Origin: Squalus acanthias
Lineage: Eukaryota
NCBI GenBank assembly: GCA_030390025.1
Contig: CM059425.1
Span: 171,928,001 to 171,992,000 of the forward strand
DNA: 64,000 nt
Reading direction: 5' to 3'
Position numbers and translations under genes: made by a program. This document shows positions 1 to 14,726 of this stretch, in pieces; position 1 is the stretch's first letter, and every line of letters begins with the position of its first letter. The notes under the pieces are model-generated. The model saw only the letters and a list, made by a program, of their open reading frames with translations. It searched no databases and had not been told where the DNA came from.

Positions 1-1950
1 GCGCAAATTGATTTTGACAGTTGTGCCGTCAGTGTTCTACAGCATTGAGGTGCAGCAAACACGGACAAGCACTGGGAGGTTCTCATCCCTTCACATGGAC
101 GAAAGAGACTCCTCCAGGCAATCAACGCAGCCTGGTTGCACAGGAGGACACAACCAGGACCAGGCTGTAGTGGCGCAAACGTTTCAATGATCTCAGTACA
201 TCACGAAACGTGACTGCAAAGCCACACTCAGCCTCATCCTGCTGTGCCACTCATCACATCCCCATCACTCTGCCTTCCCTACCCTGCACATCTTTACTCA
301 CACCAACTTACTTTGCATCTCCACCCATCTCTCTCGATCTACATTATCACTTCCCCATCTCAAAAGCCACCCCTCACACTCACCCTAGTCCAATCATACC
401 AACTAACAACACACAAGGAGAGGCACTTGGGTGGTTTATCCAATGCTCATGTGAAGTTTCTGTTAATGTGCGGTCAAACACTGAAATCTTTATTTTCAAC
501 ACTTTGCGTTCTTGGACAGATCTGTGTGCACCTCTGGAAGTGGCTTAGTGAGTTGCAGTGAGTGGTGAGACATAACAGTACCCCCGCAATGGTGATGATT
601 GTGAAAGGAATGGCTTGGGCATTGTAGGGATGCTTTATGGTGTTGGTGTGGGGTGGTGCCAACCTGGCATATCATGTGGCAGCCAGGGTGTACAGCATCA
701 AGTGAAGTAAATCTGGCTATGGTGAGGCCATCCCTGGCCTCCCGGCCAGCAATGTGCTCGGCTGCTGATGCCTTGTGTCCTGTGCAGCATCAGTTGATTG
801 CGGAGAAGGTTGGTGGTGTTGTTGGTGCTGATCGTGGTGGGATTGTGAGGACAAAGGCGAGATAGTTTCAAGGGCACTGATACTGATGGAATAGATGGCA
901 GGTGAAGTTGAGATGACAGAAGCGATCAGTTAATGGTGAGAGAGGTTGTTCCAATGAGGTGACACTGGATAGAGAATTTACTCCAAACACTTGCAACCTG
1001 CATAAAGCTCAATCTGTCTTCCAAATGCAGTAAGCAACAGCTTTTGACCTTGGAAAGTGAACAGCTAGGAGATGGGAGCTTTTATCGCATATTTGTAGCT
1101 GTCAAGTAAAGAGATGATTTCATAGTGACAACTCCCGACCTGCTGAGCTGATGTGATCCCCTAGCAGCATGGAACCCGTGGGCGACCTCATAAACATAGA
1201 AACATAGAAGATAGGAGCAGGAGTAGGCCATTCGGCCCCTCGAGCCTGCTCCGCCATTCGATGAGATCATGGCTGATCATCCAAACTCAGTGCCCTGTAC
1301 CTGCCTTCTCCCCATATCCCTTGATACCTTTAGCTTTAAGAAATATATCTAACTCATTCTTGAATATATTTAATGACTTGGCCTCAACTACCTTCTGTGG
1401 TAAAGAATTCCACAGGTTCACCACTCTCTGGGTGAAGAAATTCTTCCTCATCTCTGTCCTAAATGGCTTACCCCTTATCCTTAGATTATGACCCCTGGTT
1501 CTGGACTCTCCGACCATCGGGAACATTCTTCCTGCATCTAGCTTGTCCAGACCTGTCAGAATTTTATATGTTTCGATGAGATCCCCTCTCATTCTTCTAT
1601 ACTCCAGCGAGTATAAGCCCAATCGACCCAATCTCTCCTCATAGGTCATTCCTGCCATCCCAGGTATCAGCCTTGTGAATCTTCGCTGAACTCCTTCCAT
1701 GGCAAGAACATCCTTCCTCAGATAAGATAAAATTTAAAGGTGAGCTCAAAATAGTTTTTAAGTGGCTATTAACAAACTCTTAATCACCTAAAATGCTTCT
1801 CCCGCTGCTTGGTGTCGGGTCTGTTCAGCGATGACAGAACCGACATCTGGCAAACTAGCGTGGAGGCGGATTGACAGTGGGTTCCCTACCCGCTGTCAAA
1901 AAGTGTTTTCCCCACCCAACCCGTAACCAAATGTGCTGAAAAATTCCCCC
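1..1950 (+). mobile_element. Probable degraded PIF/Harbinger-derived element, interrupted by a CR1
   Basis: Positions ~77-195 read EVLIP...WRKRFNDL across broken frames, resembling Myb/SANT-like Harbinger accessory proteins. A terminus-like AAAATTCCCCC lies at ~1950. Confidence 0.4.
1189..1727 (-). mobile_element. CR1 LINE 3' end
   Basis: Open C-terminus of ORF2 (EGVQRRFTRLIPG...KNFFTQRVVNLWNSLP) with a (TTCTATGT)n tail. Confidence 0.92.
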
Positions 1951-2149
1951 CAATAAATCTGATAATTGTGGTGAAGCACATGAAAAATAACCTTGAAAGC
2001 TGTGGAATCTCAACTGGCTCACCACTTCAGTGTAGGAAATCTGACTTACACTTAACTCCAGTCCACACTATATAGTTAACCTCAGAGCTACCAAGGTCAG
2101 ACAATAAATGCTATCTTGCCAGTGTCATCCACAACCCAAAAGCAAATAA

Positions 2150-3872
2150 AATAAACTGAAAACAACCTCAGCAATGGGAAAAACTTTAAACGGTGTTCAA
2201 CAGAGTGCAGGAACAATATATTCCGCTAAAAGGAAAGAAAAACTAAACACTAATGAGATTCCATGGATGAATAAAGCCATAAGGGAACAATTGAGGGTAA
2301 GGAAAGAGGCATACATTAAGTACAAAGACAGCAGGGGAGTGCATGATAAGGGAGAATATGAAGAGATTAGGAGAGAAGTCAAAAAAAAATTAGGAAGGCA
2401 AAGAGCAACTATGAAATTAAATTATCAAGGAACATAAAAAAGTAAAATATTTTACAGGCACATCAACAAAAAAAGGTTGGGATGGAAATTGGGCCATTAA
2501 GGGATAGACAGGATAATACCACAGGATAATACCTAAAAGGAGAAAATAGAACATCTAGAAACCAAACACATAGTACTGAATAGTCAGCATGGATTTCAAA
2601 AGGGAAAGTCTGCTTGACCAACCTCACTAAATTTTCTGAAGAGGTAACAGAGAAAGCAGACAATGGTAATGCAGGTGGTGTAATTTATCTAGATTTTCAA
2701 AAGGCCTTCGCTAAGGTACCCCATAATAAACTGATGAACAAGGTCAGAGAATGCGGAGTCAGGGGACCAGTAGCTGAATGAATAGCTAGCTGGCTTCAAG
2801 ACAGAAAGCAGAGAGAGTGGGAGTAAAAGGTAGCTATTAACAGTGGCAGAAGGTGGGTAGTGGTGTTCCACAAGGATCAGTGCTGGGACCACTGTTGTTC
2901 ACAATTTATATTAACGATTTAGATTTTGAAATCAAACACACAATTTCTAAATTTGCAGATGACACCAAATTGGGGGGGGGGGGGGGGGGGGGGGGGAGAT
3001 CGTCAATACTGAGAAGGACTGCAACTAATGACAGGAGGACAACTTGCAGAATGGGCATATAATTGGCAAATGAAGTTCAACACAAATAAATGTATTACAT
3101 TTTGGTAGGAAGAATAGGGAGGTCACTTATCACTTGGAGGGTGGGAGTCCAGGTGGGGTAGAGGAACAAAAGGGATCTCGGAGTACAAATACACAAATCA
3201 CAAAGTTGCGACACAGGTTAGCAAGACCATAAAAAAAGCAAACCAAGCACTAGAGTTTTTTTTCTAGAAGTATAGAATTGAAAAGTAGGGAAGTTATGCT
3301 AAATCTGTATCGAGCCTTGGTGAGATCACACTTGGAGTACTGCATGCAGTTCTGGTCGCCATATTATAAAAAGGATATAGAGGCACTGGAGAAGGTGCAG
3401 AGAAGATTTACAAGGATGATACCAGAAATGCAAGGGTATACATATCAGGAAAGGATGAACAGGCTGGGTCTCTTTTCTCTTGAAAAAAGACTGAGGGGTG
3501 ACCTAATAGAGGTCTTTAAAATTATGAAAGGTTTTGATAGAGTGGATACAGAGCATTTTTCCACTTGTGGGAAAGAGCATAACTGGAGGCCATCAATAGT
3601 CACCAAGAAATCCAATAGGGCATTCACACGAAACTTCTTTACCCAAAGAGTGGTGAGAATGTGGAACTCACTACCACAGGGAGTGGTTGAAGTGAAAAGT
3701 ATAGATGCATTTAAGGGGAGGCTCGACAAGTATATGAGGGAGAAGGGAATAGAGGGTTATGCCGATAAATTTAGATGAGGAAAGATGGGAGGAGGCTCGA
3801 GTGGAGCATAAACGCCAGCATGGACTGGTTGGGCCGAATGGCCTGTTTCTGCGCCATATATCCTATGTATAT
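2150..3872 (+). mobile_element. CR1 LINE remnant
   Basis: [24 protein letters not shown] and HLEYCMQFWSP in broken frames. A poly-G expansion lies at 2972-2997. Confidence 0.9.
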
Positions 3873-6800
3873 AATCATAGAATCTTACAGCACAGAAAGA
3901 GGCCATTCAGCCCGCCTTGCCTGTGCCGGCTCTTTGAAAGTCCAATTTAATCCCACACCCCAGTTTTTTCTCCATAACCATGCAAATTAGTCCTCTTCAA
4001 GTACATGTCCAATTGCCTTTTGAAAGTTTCTATGGAATCTGATTCCACCATCCTTTCAGGGAGTGTGTTCCAGATCACAACAACCCTGTGTAAGAAAAAA
4101 TTCTCATTTCCCCCTCTAATTCTTTTGCCAATTACTTTAAATCTATGACCTCTGGTTACTGACCCACTTGCCAGAGGAAACAGTTTCTCCCTACTTGCTC
4201 TATCAAAACTCCTCATAATTTTGAATACCTATATGAGGTCTCCCCTTAACCTTCTCTGCGCTAAAGAAAACAATCCCAGCTTCTCCAATTTTTCCACATA
4301 ATTGAAGTCCCTCATCCCTGGTATCACCCTGGTAAACCTCCTCTGTACCCTCTCCAAGGTCTTGCCATTCTTCCTAAAGTGTGATGCTCAGAATTGTACA
4401 CAATACTCCAGCTGAGGTCTAACCTGTGATTTGTAAAGGTTTAGCATGACTTCCTTGTTTTTGTATTCAATGCCCCTATTCACAAAGCAAAGTATCCCAT
4501 GCGCTTTCTTATCCATCTTAGCAATTTGCCTTGCCACTTTCATAGATTTGCGAATATGCACCCCCAGGTCCCACTGCTCTTGCACCCCCTCAAGATAGTA
4601 CCATTTCGATTACACTTCCTCTCCATGTGGTTCCTCCCAAAGTGCATCAGTTCACACTTATCCGCATGAAAATGCATCTGCTACGTGTCTGCCCATTTCA
4701 CCAGTCTGTTTATGTCCTCCTGAAGTCCGCTACTATCATGCTCAATATTTACGACATGGCCAAGTTTTGTATCATCCGCGAACTACGAAATTGTACTCCC
4801 TCTACCAGAGTCCAGGTCATTTATATATAACAAAAGCAATAGTCCAAATACCGACCCCTGGGGGACCCCACTGCATACTTCTCTCCAGTCAGAAAAATGA
4901 CCAGTCACCACAACTCGTCTATCCCTTAGTCAATTACGTACCCAAGCTCCCTCCGTTCCTTTAATCCAGTGTTTATATTTCCCGAGTAAGTCTGTTATGT
5001 GGTACTTTATCCACTGCACAGTGCTATCAAGCGGCACTTACTCACCAACAACCTGCTCACTGATGCCCAGTTTGGGTTACGCCAGGACCACTCGGCTCCA
5101 GACCTCATTACAGCCTTGGTCCAAATATGGACAAAGGAGCTGAATTCCAGAGGTGAGGTGAGAGTGACTGCCCTTGACATCAAGGCAGCATTTGACAGAA
5201 TGTGGCATCAAGGAGCCCTAGTAAAATTGAAGTCAATGGGAATCGGGGGGAAAACTCTCCACTGGCTGGAGTCATACCTCGCACAAAGGGAGATGGTTGT
5301 GGTTGTTGGAAGCTAATCATCTCAGCCCCAGGACATTGCTGAAGGAGTTCCTCAGGACAGTGTCTAGGCCCAACCATTTCAGCTACTCCACCAATGACCT
5401 TTCCCTCCACAATAAGGTCAGAAATGGGGATGTTTGCTGATGATTGCAGTGTTCAGTGCCATTCACAACTCCTCAGATAATGAAGCAGTCTGTGCCCACA
5501 TGCAGCAAGATCTGGACAACATTCAGGCTTGGGCTGAAAAGTGGCAAGTAGCATTTGTTCCACACAAGTGCCAGGCAATGGCCATCTCCAACAAGAGGAA
5601 GTCTAACCACCTCCCCTTGCATTACCATCGTCGAATCCCCCACCATCAACATCCCTGGGGGGGTCACCATTGACCAGAATCGCAATTGGACCAGCCACAT
5701 AAATACTGTGGCTGCAAGAGCAGGTCAGAGGCTAGGTATTCTGCGGCTAGTGATTCACCTCCTGACTCCCTGAAGCCTTTCCACCATCTACAAGGCAGAA
5801 GTCAGGAGTGTGATGGAATACTCTCCACTTACCTAGATGAGTGTAGCTGCAACAACACAAGAAGCTCGACACCATCCAGGGTAAAGCAGCCTGCTTGATT
5901 GGCACCCCATCCACCACTTACAACATTCACTCCCTCCACCACCAGCACACCATGTCTGCAGTGTGTACCTTCTACAAGATGCACTGCAGCAACTCGCCAA
6001 GGCTTCTTCGACAGCACCTCCCAAACCCACGACCTCTACCACCTAGAATGACAAGGGCAGCAGGCGCGTGAGAACACCACCACCTCCAAGTTCCCCTCCG
6101 AGTCACACACCATCCTGACTTGGCAATATATCGCTGTTCCTTCATCGTCGCTGGGTCATAATCCCGGAACTCCCTCCCTAACAGCACTATGGGAGTAGCT
6201 TCACCACACGGACTGCAGCGGTTCAAGACGACAGCTCACCACCACCTTCCCAAGGGCAATAAATGCTGGTCTTACCAGCAATGCCCACATCTCCTGAATG
6301 AATAAAAACAAACCTTCCTCAAACCTCAGTTACTTCATCAAAGAACTCAGTTTAGTTAGACATAATTTGCCTTCAACAAATCTATGCCGGCTGTCCCTTA
6401 TTAAACCATGCTTCAAGTGAGAATTTATTTTGTCTATCACAGTCGTTTCCAGTAGTATACCCACCACTGTCATTAGACTGATTGGCCTGTAATTACCAGG
6501 TTTATCCCTTTCTCCTTTTTTGAACAGGTGTGGAACATTTGCCATCCTCCAGCACCACTCCCATATCCAAGTAGGATTGAAAGATTGTGGTCAGAGCTTC
6601 TGCTATCTCCACCCTTGATTCCCTCAGCAACCTAGAATACATCCCATTTGGTCTGGGTGACTTATTAACTTTGAATGATGCCAACCTATTGAGCACCTCC
6701 TTTCTATCTATTTTTATCCTATCTAATAGCTCTACTCCTCTTCGCTGACATTAACTTCATCCTCTTGTTCTGTGATGACAGATACGAAGTACTCATTCAG

Positions 6801-8140
6801 TACCTCAGGCATGCCCTTTCCTTTATTATTCCTGATCAGCCCCACCATTCCTCTAAATATCTTTTTACATGTTTATAAAAAGATTTTTGGGTTCCCTTTT
6901 ATGTTACCCACTACTCTTCTTGCATTTCCTCTTTGCCCTTCTTATACCGTTTCAATTTCCCCCTGTACTCTCTGTATTCTGTACCTGGCATTTGTTATAA
7001 ACCTCCATTGTGTGTTTTGTATTTTATTTTAACTCTATTTCCTTTGTCAGCCAGGGAGCTCTAGCTTTGGATGCCCCAACTTTCCTCCTTATGGGAATAT
7101 GCTTGCTTTGTACCCAAACTATTTCTGCCTTGAAGGCCTGCCATTGCTTATTTACTGGTTTCCTGGCCAATCTTTTTTTCCAGTCCACCTGTGCTAGATC
7201 CCTTCCCAAATCACTGAAATTGTCTCGCTTCCAGTTGAGTATGTTAGTTTTCTTTGTCCCTTTCCAGAACTACTTTAAACCTAATTATGTTATGATCACT
7301 ATTACCCAGATGTTCTCCTGCTGAAACACACTCCACTTGCCCGACTTCATTCCCCAGAACCAAATCCAACACTGCTTCCTTCCTCGTGGCTGGAAACATA
7401 CTGATTAAGAAATTCTCCTGTACACATTTTAGGAATTCTTCACCCTCCTTGCCCTTCACACTGCTTTTTCCCCAGTCTATATTAGGGTAATTGAAGTCTC
7501 CTACTATTATTTTTACATTTCTCTGAAATTTGCCTACAGATTTTCTCCTCAATCACCTTCTCACTTTTTGGGGGTCTATCGTGAACACCCAGCAATGTAA
7601 CGGCTCCTTTTCTGCTCCTTAACTCTCCCCAAATACGTTCAGTTTTTTTAACCTTCTGGTGTATTGTCCCCCTGTAGAACTGCAATATTATCCTTGATCA
7701 ATGCTGCTTTATTTTTTTCCTTCCCTATCCCTCCTGAATACATTGTAGCCAGGAATGTTTAGTTCCTATTCCTGTTTATGTTTAGCCACCATCATACCCC
7801 CATGTGGCACCTTGTGCCTGTAGTTCAGCAACCTTATTTGTGACACTCCTCACATTAATACATCTGCATTTCAGCAGCATGCTAGTCGGCATTGCCTTTT
7901 TTCCTCTATCTAATTCCTGTTCTTTCTACATTATTCTTTATTCTGTTGCTGTTTGCCCCTCCAGTTTTCTATGCATCTTGTCTCTCCTCTCTGCTGGCTA
8001 TGTCCTGATTCCCTTTCCCCGGCCAAGTTAGTTTAAAATCTTCCCAATAGCACTCGTTAACATCCCAGTGAGGACATTGGTCTCCGCCCTGGTTGTACAG
8101 GTTCCTCCTGCCCCAGAATGGGTCCCAAAGTTCTACAGTT
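3873..8140 (-). mobile_element. CR1 LINE remnant split by another LINE at ~5012-6308
   Basis: Endonuclease motifs (VGDFNYP, LDLVLGN, LGNSDHN), PGNYRPISL, and C-terminal RVVVIWNTLP on the minus strand. Confidence 0.85.
5012..6308 (+). mobile_element. Non-LTR retrotransposon family 2 (CR1/L2 group, clade uncertain), 3' part
   Basis: LDIKAAFDRMWHQG and RAGQRLGILR. Tail GGGCAATAAATGCTGG...GCCCACATC followed by an A-rich end. Confidence 0.85.
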
Positions 8141-10711
8141 TCAATTTGCCAACATTGCTCTGAAAAGTCAGTGAGTGGCATTTAAAAAAAATGTATTTAT
8201 GCAGCTGTCAAATCAAAGAGAAACATTCAAAGAGATGCTTAATATATTCTGGCTGAGCAAAAAAAACTTAAATTTGATAGAGAAATATTTGCCTTGAGGT
8301 GTACTCAGAAGACTGTAGAATTCAGGAGGTTCTATTCAAGACACAGAGTAAATGCACTTGCACTTAGATTGTACCTAATCACGTAGAAACATCTCAAAGC
8401 ACTTCACACAATTAACTCCTTTGAAGTGCAGTGGCTACGGTGTTGGAAAACTTAAATATATACATAGCTAAAAAAAAATGCAAACCCAAATCATGTAAAA
8501 AAAAAAAATTGGTTGGTCCATAAATCTAAAAACTGCATTAACTGAATTAAGTCATAGCTAAAAGAATCAAATCAAAAATAAAAGTCTACTGAATAACTAG
8601 GTAGTTATTAACCATGCAAAATAATGGGTTGAAGTCACAATAGGCCAAGGACAATGGTGATTCCATTTGCCATTGCCCATTTGTGCTGCTTTTAGTTCTA
8701 AGTGCTGCATCAGTTTGAGTGAACCGCAAAAACTGCTAAGACTTTTAATGGCAAGTGAAGGGAGACGTAGAAAGGGGAAAAATGTTTACTCCGGCCAATG
8801 CACCTACAAATTCCCCGCATCACCATTTGAAAAGAGGCATTCACCCAGTTAAAATCAACAGGTTAACAGCTCCAGAAAATGAGAGAGAAGAATTTGATTC
8901 ACTTCAGAAAATACTGGAATCACTCAGTAGGTCAGGCAACATCTGTGGAGAGAACAAAGATTTTGATTTTTTGGTTGTGGACCCTTTGGAGAGAACAGAG
9001 GAGTTCATGTTTCAGGTGTATGAGAAAGATGCCACTTGACCTGATGAGTATTTCTGGCATGTTCTGTTTTTTTCCCCCATATTTCCAACAGCAACAGCAA
9101 TGTTTTCCTTTTTGTACAATAATTGCAGTAATTCTAGCTTTTGGAGAAATCAGGGGAGGGTCACTGCAGTTAGTCATTCTGGTCCTTGTACAAACAGAAA
9201 ACACAAAATAACTCGTCAATAATTAACAATTCTGACAATGCAGTGCTGGAGAGAAATGATGTAAACTGAAAGTCAAGACCAAAACACTGGAATTAGCAGG
9301 ATATCCGTGATTACGTTTTATTGCTGCCAATTCCCCTCATTCAACACACTGAACATTTTCTAATCTCCTTAGCTTGCATTTCTTCTGACCAGTAGGACAT
9401 GAATTTCTTTTAAAAACCATCTCTAGCCACTTTCACTTTATAAAAAATGTTTGTCACACTGTGCCCCTCGACAAACTGGCTCATTTTGTATTTCAATTGT
9501 CCTTATTTAACCTTTTCAAAAATTTATCCGCATGTTCAGCAGGAGATGACCAGCTCTGGAACAAACGAACAAACTCAATTTTCTCACCTCCAGAAGAACC
9601 CTGCTCATCAGAAATAATACTGATATAAAGCACTGCAGGGAAAAGGCATGAATTATGTTGCTTTATTTTTCTTTTGCAGCCTTTTAAAAAAATAACAGTT
9701 TGCTTTCTTCTTTCAGAGAATGCATTACAGCTGACTAATAGCGCAGTTACATTAGAGCTTTGTGTACCATGACATTAAGTTGGAGTTTCCAAATTTATGA
9801 AGCAAGCAACTAGGTTAAAAACACTATGCAAGTAAAAATGGAACATAATTTATCTCTATACTAGCAACCTGCCTGTTGTGAAGTTAAGGAACTGTCTCTT
9901 TTTCCATTATCGATAAGCCCATCCTGATTCCCGAGTTGTAGAGCCACTTTTGACCTGCGTGCAGATCCTGAACTCATTTATCTCACAAATGAGAATTAAA
10001 ATTACAGTCCAGAGACCTGTCTATAGAGAACCGGTAATAAGAGTCACTGCAGAGACTGTATGAATCACTATGTACCAGCGTGGGAAAGCAGATCTCAGGA
10101 GAGGACAGCAACAAAAAAATTTTTTTTAATTTGTTGCATTTGTTTTCAGAAGTTATAAAGAACAGAGAGGAAATAAATTATATACACAAGTTATAAAAAA
10201 CACAATAAAGGAAATAAATATTTTTGGCTACCCCAGTGGACGCATTGGAAAGTGTGTTTCCAGTTTGGAGCTGAACAATATACAGGTAGATCCACAAAAT
10301 CACAGATTCGACCGCAGTCTATGCGGAAATCGATAATCTCAGCCGGGGTAATGACAGGGATACCACAATTGGCCTCAAAACAACTGGGAAAGGATTAGCT
10401 TGCAAGTGCGTGTGCTCTTCAACCACTGAAGTCAATGGCATGTATAATGGATGGCTTATCAATATTGGCTGTTTCACACTTCGGCCAAAATCAAAATTAC
10501 CCCCGAGATCTTTGCATAGAACTTTGATACTTTACCTTGGGAGGTAGTACGAGACAACCCAACAAAAATGCTGCTCTTTGTGGAAGAAACACACAAATTA
10601 AATTCAGAAAAGTTTACAATGCCCACCAACTCTGATTAATTTCATTCAACTCCTAAAACAACTTGGGGAAATATGGTGATAAATTATCTCCAGACTTCTA
10701 AATGTAATCAA

Positions 10712-11401
10712 TGGCCCGGATTTTGCAGTCGGTATGGCGGTGTACTCTTGCGCATGCGCAAAATCCAAAACTTGCGGTCCGTCAACGTACGCATTGACAG
10801 GCCATCCACGCGGGCCACAAAAAAAGCAATCGCTGGCACAGAGTTGGCCGATTTGCCAACCGACTGGCCAGCAATTGCGCATGGAAGTGTTATGGTTGAT
10901 GCAAACAGACTCGGGGCTTGTTTGCATCAGCGTAAGGGGATATCTAAGGCATTAATTAAACATTTTCAGATCGTAAATTATACACAAACACTGTACAAAA
11001 TGAGTTTCTGCAAATATTGTCCCAGATTACAGTTTTAATGTCTAAAAGTATCAAAAAATTTAATTTTTAGTGAGGTTGGTGGAATGAAAATAAATAACTA
11101 ATAAAATTCCAATTCTGTAAATTGTAATTAGATTAGATTTCTGGATTCCATTGCATCTCATTAGGAGATTCCCTCTGGAAATGATTAAAATGGAATTTTG
11201 CTTTGTGATTGGAGGACCAGGCCCATATGATCCCAGGTACACTTCCGCACCGCCTGCATGCCTGGGATCTGTGGGCCATTACACTGCCCTCCGCTTCAAG
11301 GTCCAAGACTGCAAGTTTTCAGACCCTTGCCACCAGCAGGTAGGTTAGTAATTCTTTCGTGGGTCGGAGGCATACTCCCCTCCGACCGCAATCTTTGGCC
11401 C
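10712..11401. mobile_element. MITE-like element with related TIRs
   Basis: GGCCCGGATTTTGCAGTC...GACCGCAATCTTTGGCCC. A related left end lies at ~37717-37950. Confidence 0.5.
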
Positions 11402-13919
11402 AATATTTTGTCCAGCTCAGTTTGCCTTCGTACCTGGAATGTTCTTGCATCAACTCTGCCCAAGTGAAATTTCATGTAATTACTTCTATGCTAAATCAAT
11501 TCTCAGTGAATTTGGCTATATCCTGTTGGTACTGACATGATACCTGGTATGCTGGTTGCAGTGGCATGCAACTCTCATGTCTAACTATTATGGATGGTAT
11601 CAGGCTAGGAAATTGGCAGTGACACCACCAGGTTCACTGGTCATAAAATCCAGTTGTGGTACAGTTTATATATCTGACTCTCGGGTATTTAAGGTAAAAG
11701 AGTACATAAACAAACATCATTCTGATCTGCTCCACAATCTCAATTATTTTTGCATTTAACTAATGATGAAAACATTAACATGTCTGCAATACAACACGTG
11801 GTAAATCAGAGCAAAGTACATTTGTTTATCACAAATCCAATCATATATTCACATTCAAAATCAAGTGACTACTTAAGAGAAAACGGCAGTACTTGAGATT
11901 TAATTATCTCAAAATTGTTTTCATACTCAAAACAAAAATTATGGTTTGTTTAAAATACCCAGTAACTCTCCATTACGTTGGTAGACTAGGAACATAAGTT
12001 TGTCAAATTTGTACAAAGACATCTTGGGAGAAAAATAATCAAACCCTGCACTTTTAAACCACAAGTGCAAATAATTTATTGATGGAAGTATTGATTGAAA
12101 AAAGGTTTCAAGTGCAACAAAAATAATTAGAATACAGTGCTCCCATAAAGTGAACTTATGCTGCTTCATCAGCATGCTTTCTTCTATTAACAAACTTATC
12201 ACTGTTAGATATATCATTCAGTCCAAATGTTCTCCATTGAATAAAATTAAAGTCCATAACCCATAAAGCCAACATGATCTTTAACAGCAACATTTCAATA
12301 CATTCATAAAGGTTTATCTTTCTGAATATTTATTTTTCTTTCCTCCTAGAGTAAGTAACATTGTTTTAATAATTGAAAAACAGCCACTCATTTGACATTT
12401 ATTTTTTATTAATGCAGCTTTATAATGTGGCGAAGGCATTTAGGTTTCAAGTCTCAGATAAGTGTATCAAAACGCTGAATCTCTCAGCTTTCTTATGCTT
12501 TTGAACAAATGGAATGTGTTATGTCAAAGTAAATGAAACTGTCTTCTGAATGAGCTAAAATAAGGCTGTGATATTTAGCTCCTTTAATCGTTGCATAACT
12601 GTACTGCCTATTTGGACTCAGATACATAGACTGTGAAGGTCCTAGATTTGATTCCTTTTCTATGGAGTTAACCGATTTCAGCCATAGCAGCAGACAGTGC
12701 ACTATAATTGGCCTCAGTGCCCTGCCTTGTGTCGGAGAAAAAAAAGAGACAGCTACAGTTCCCTGTCCAGCAACTCCTGCAAGAAACTGCACATTTCTGC
12801 AGATGGTGAGTGAAGAGAGGCCAATGGTGATCAGGGTTGTTTTAGCACTAATGCCTCATTAATATATAAATTATAATTCTGAACATCTAGATCTATTCGT
12901 ATCAGCAGAAGATAAATGCAAATTAATCGGACACAGATTTAAACTTTATATGCTGCTTTGATACTCTTATAATGCCTGCTTATGGGGCCCGCAAAGACAA
13001 GCTTGGACACTTGGGACAAAAAGGATCTGAAAATGAGGATTAAGTCAACTGATGAGACTTTTTTTTGTTGCTATTTCAATATTATATTTCAAACAAGAGA
13101 GAGTAACAACACTATGGATTTCCCCCTTCCCCCCACATCTTATACATTCACAATGAACTTCAATAACGATAATGCACAATAAATCGTGGGGTAGCGATGA
13201 GTGCCCTACAAGCATCCGTGAGGCTTGGGTGGAGACAAAGGCTATGGGGAACATCAGAGTTCCTGATCAACATCCAATGACATACATACACACATATTTC
13301 ATCACTTTCTTGCCAATCAATGATCACCAGAAACTGTTTCACATCAATATGAAAGTGGCAGTATAACTGCAGCCAAGGACAAGATTCTAGACGTCACTGA
13401 CTCCTGCAAGACGATACCCCAGAAAAAGTCACCACCTTGAGAGATGAGGGTATAAAATTGAAGTGGGGTAAAGAGATAGAAATTGGTGAACAAAATTACT
13501 CACACATACTATTGTGCATATTACATTAAAATTCAGACAAAACTCTAAAAACCTCATCCAAATACTTAATTATATATTTATGGTCCCTCGTCCTTAACCT
13601 TTCAACTACAGTCTACTTTGCTACCTGCAAGTGGTGCTCAACATGAAGGCGTATGGATTTATTAGCGGAGGGAGGGCAGTAGGTGGTAATCAGCAGGAGG
13701 ATTCTATGCCCATGTGACCTAAGCCATTAGACGTCACGGGATCCGAGGCAAGTAACAGCCTTACATATTCATACTCATAAAAACACAACTAACAGCCAAT
13801 GTCCAAGATTCTTCCATCACCATCCCTGGTTATGTCCGATACACTGGCAGGACAGACCTAACCAAGGTGGTATACAGTGTGTGAGTGGGTGTGGTGGGGC
13901 GGGTGTGAGGCCCTGGGAT

Positions 13920-14340
13920 TCCTCAACGATGATGTCAAAGGCTCTCTGAAAGTCCGTGTACACTACATCAATTGCAATTCCCCTATCTACCATTTCTGTC
14001 AACTCCTTAAAAGAATTCTAAAAGGTTTATCAAACACGGTCAATTCTGAAATCCGTGCTGACTGCTTCTAACTATTTTCTCTTTATCTAGATTATGTGGT
14101 AACTTCATCCTTAATTAAAGACTAAAATTTTCCCAGCCACAGATGTTAAGAAATTACCCAGATTAGCTCGGAGGCCCTTTTTAAAAATGGGTATTATATT
14201 GGCCACTCTCCATTCCTCAAACACTCATCATCCCTCAGGATCTTACGATATATCCCATCAGGCCCAGACGCTTTGTCTTCCTTTAGCTTAACTAACTCAG
14301 CTAAAATGTGTCCGACACCCATTGCCTTGAAAAGCACATG
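13920..14340 (-). mobile_element. Old CR1 RT fragment
   Basis: IDVVYTDFQRAFD motif. Further old CR1 pieces lie at ~17880-18120 and ~18490-18860. Confidence 0.6.
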
Positions 14341-14483
14341 AAAGTCTTGATATTACAACCAAATATGTGAAGTAACTATTGTCTCCTGCATACACCATTC
14401 AAGATATACTTCTATATGCAGGAAACTTTCGTTTATCCGGCACCCAAATATCCGGAATTCTTGCTTAACCGGCAAAAATCATC

Positions 14484-14620
14484 CTCCGAAAACTCCTCTC
14501 AAATAACCGGCAATGTTGCCGAGTCGCAGTCGAGTCTCCGCGAACGCCGAGTACTCCGAAAACTCCTCTCAAATAACCGGCAATGTTGCCGATCCCGAGT
14601 CAGAGTCCGCGAACGCCGAT
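14484..14620. repeat. Two tandem 70-bp units inside the Tigger 5' region
   Basis: CTCCGAAAACTCCTCTCAAATAACCGGCAATGTTGCCGA begins at 14484 and 14554. Confidence 0.85.
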
Positions 14621-14726
14621 TTAGTCAGTAGGGGTACTTTTCAAAAGTGCCACTACTCGGCCTCCTGGCGCTGTCGGAAGTCCGAAAGATTGCAGTAGCA
14701 GGAGTAGATTCTCCCGCGCTGCCTGG

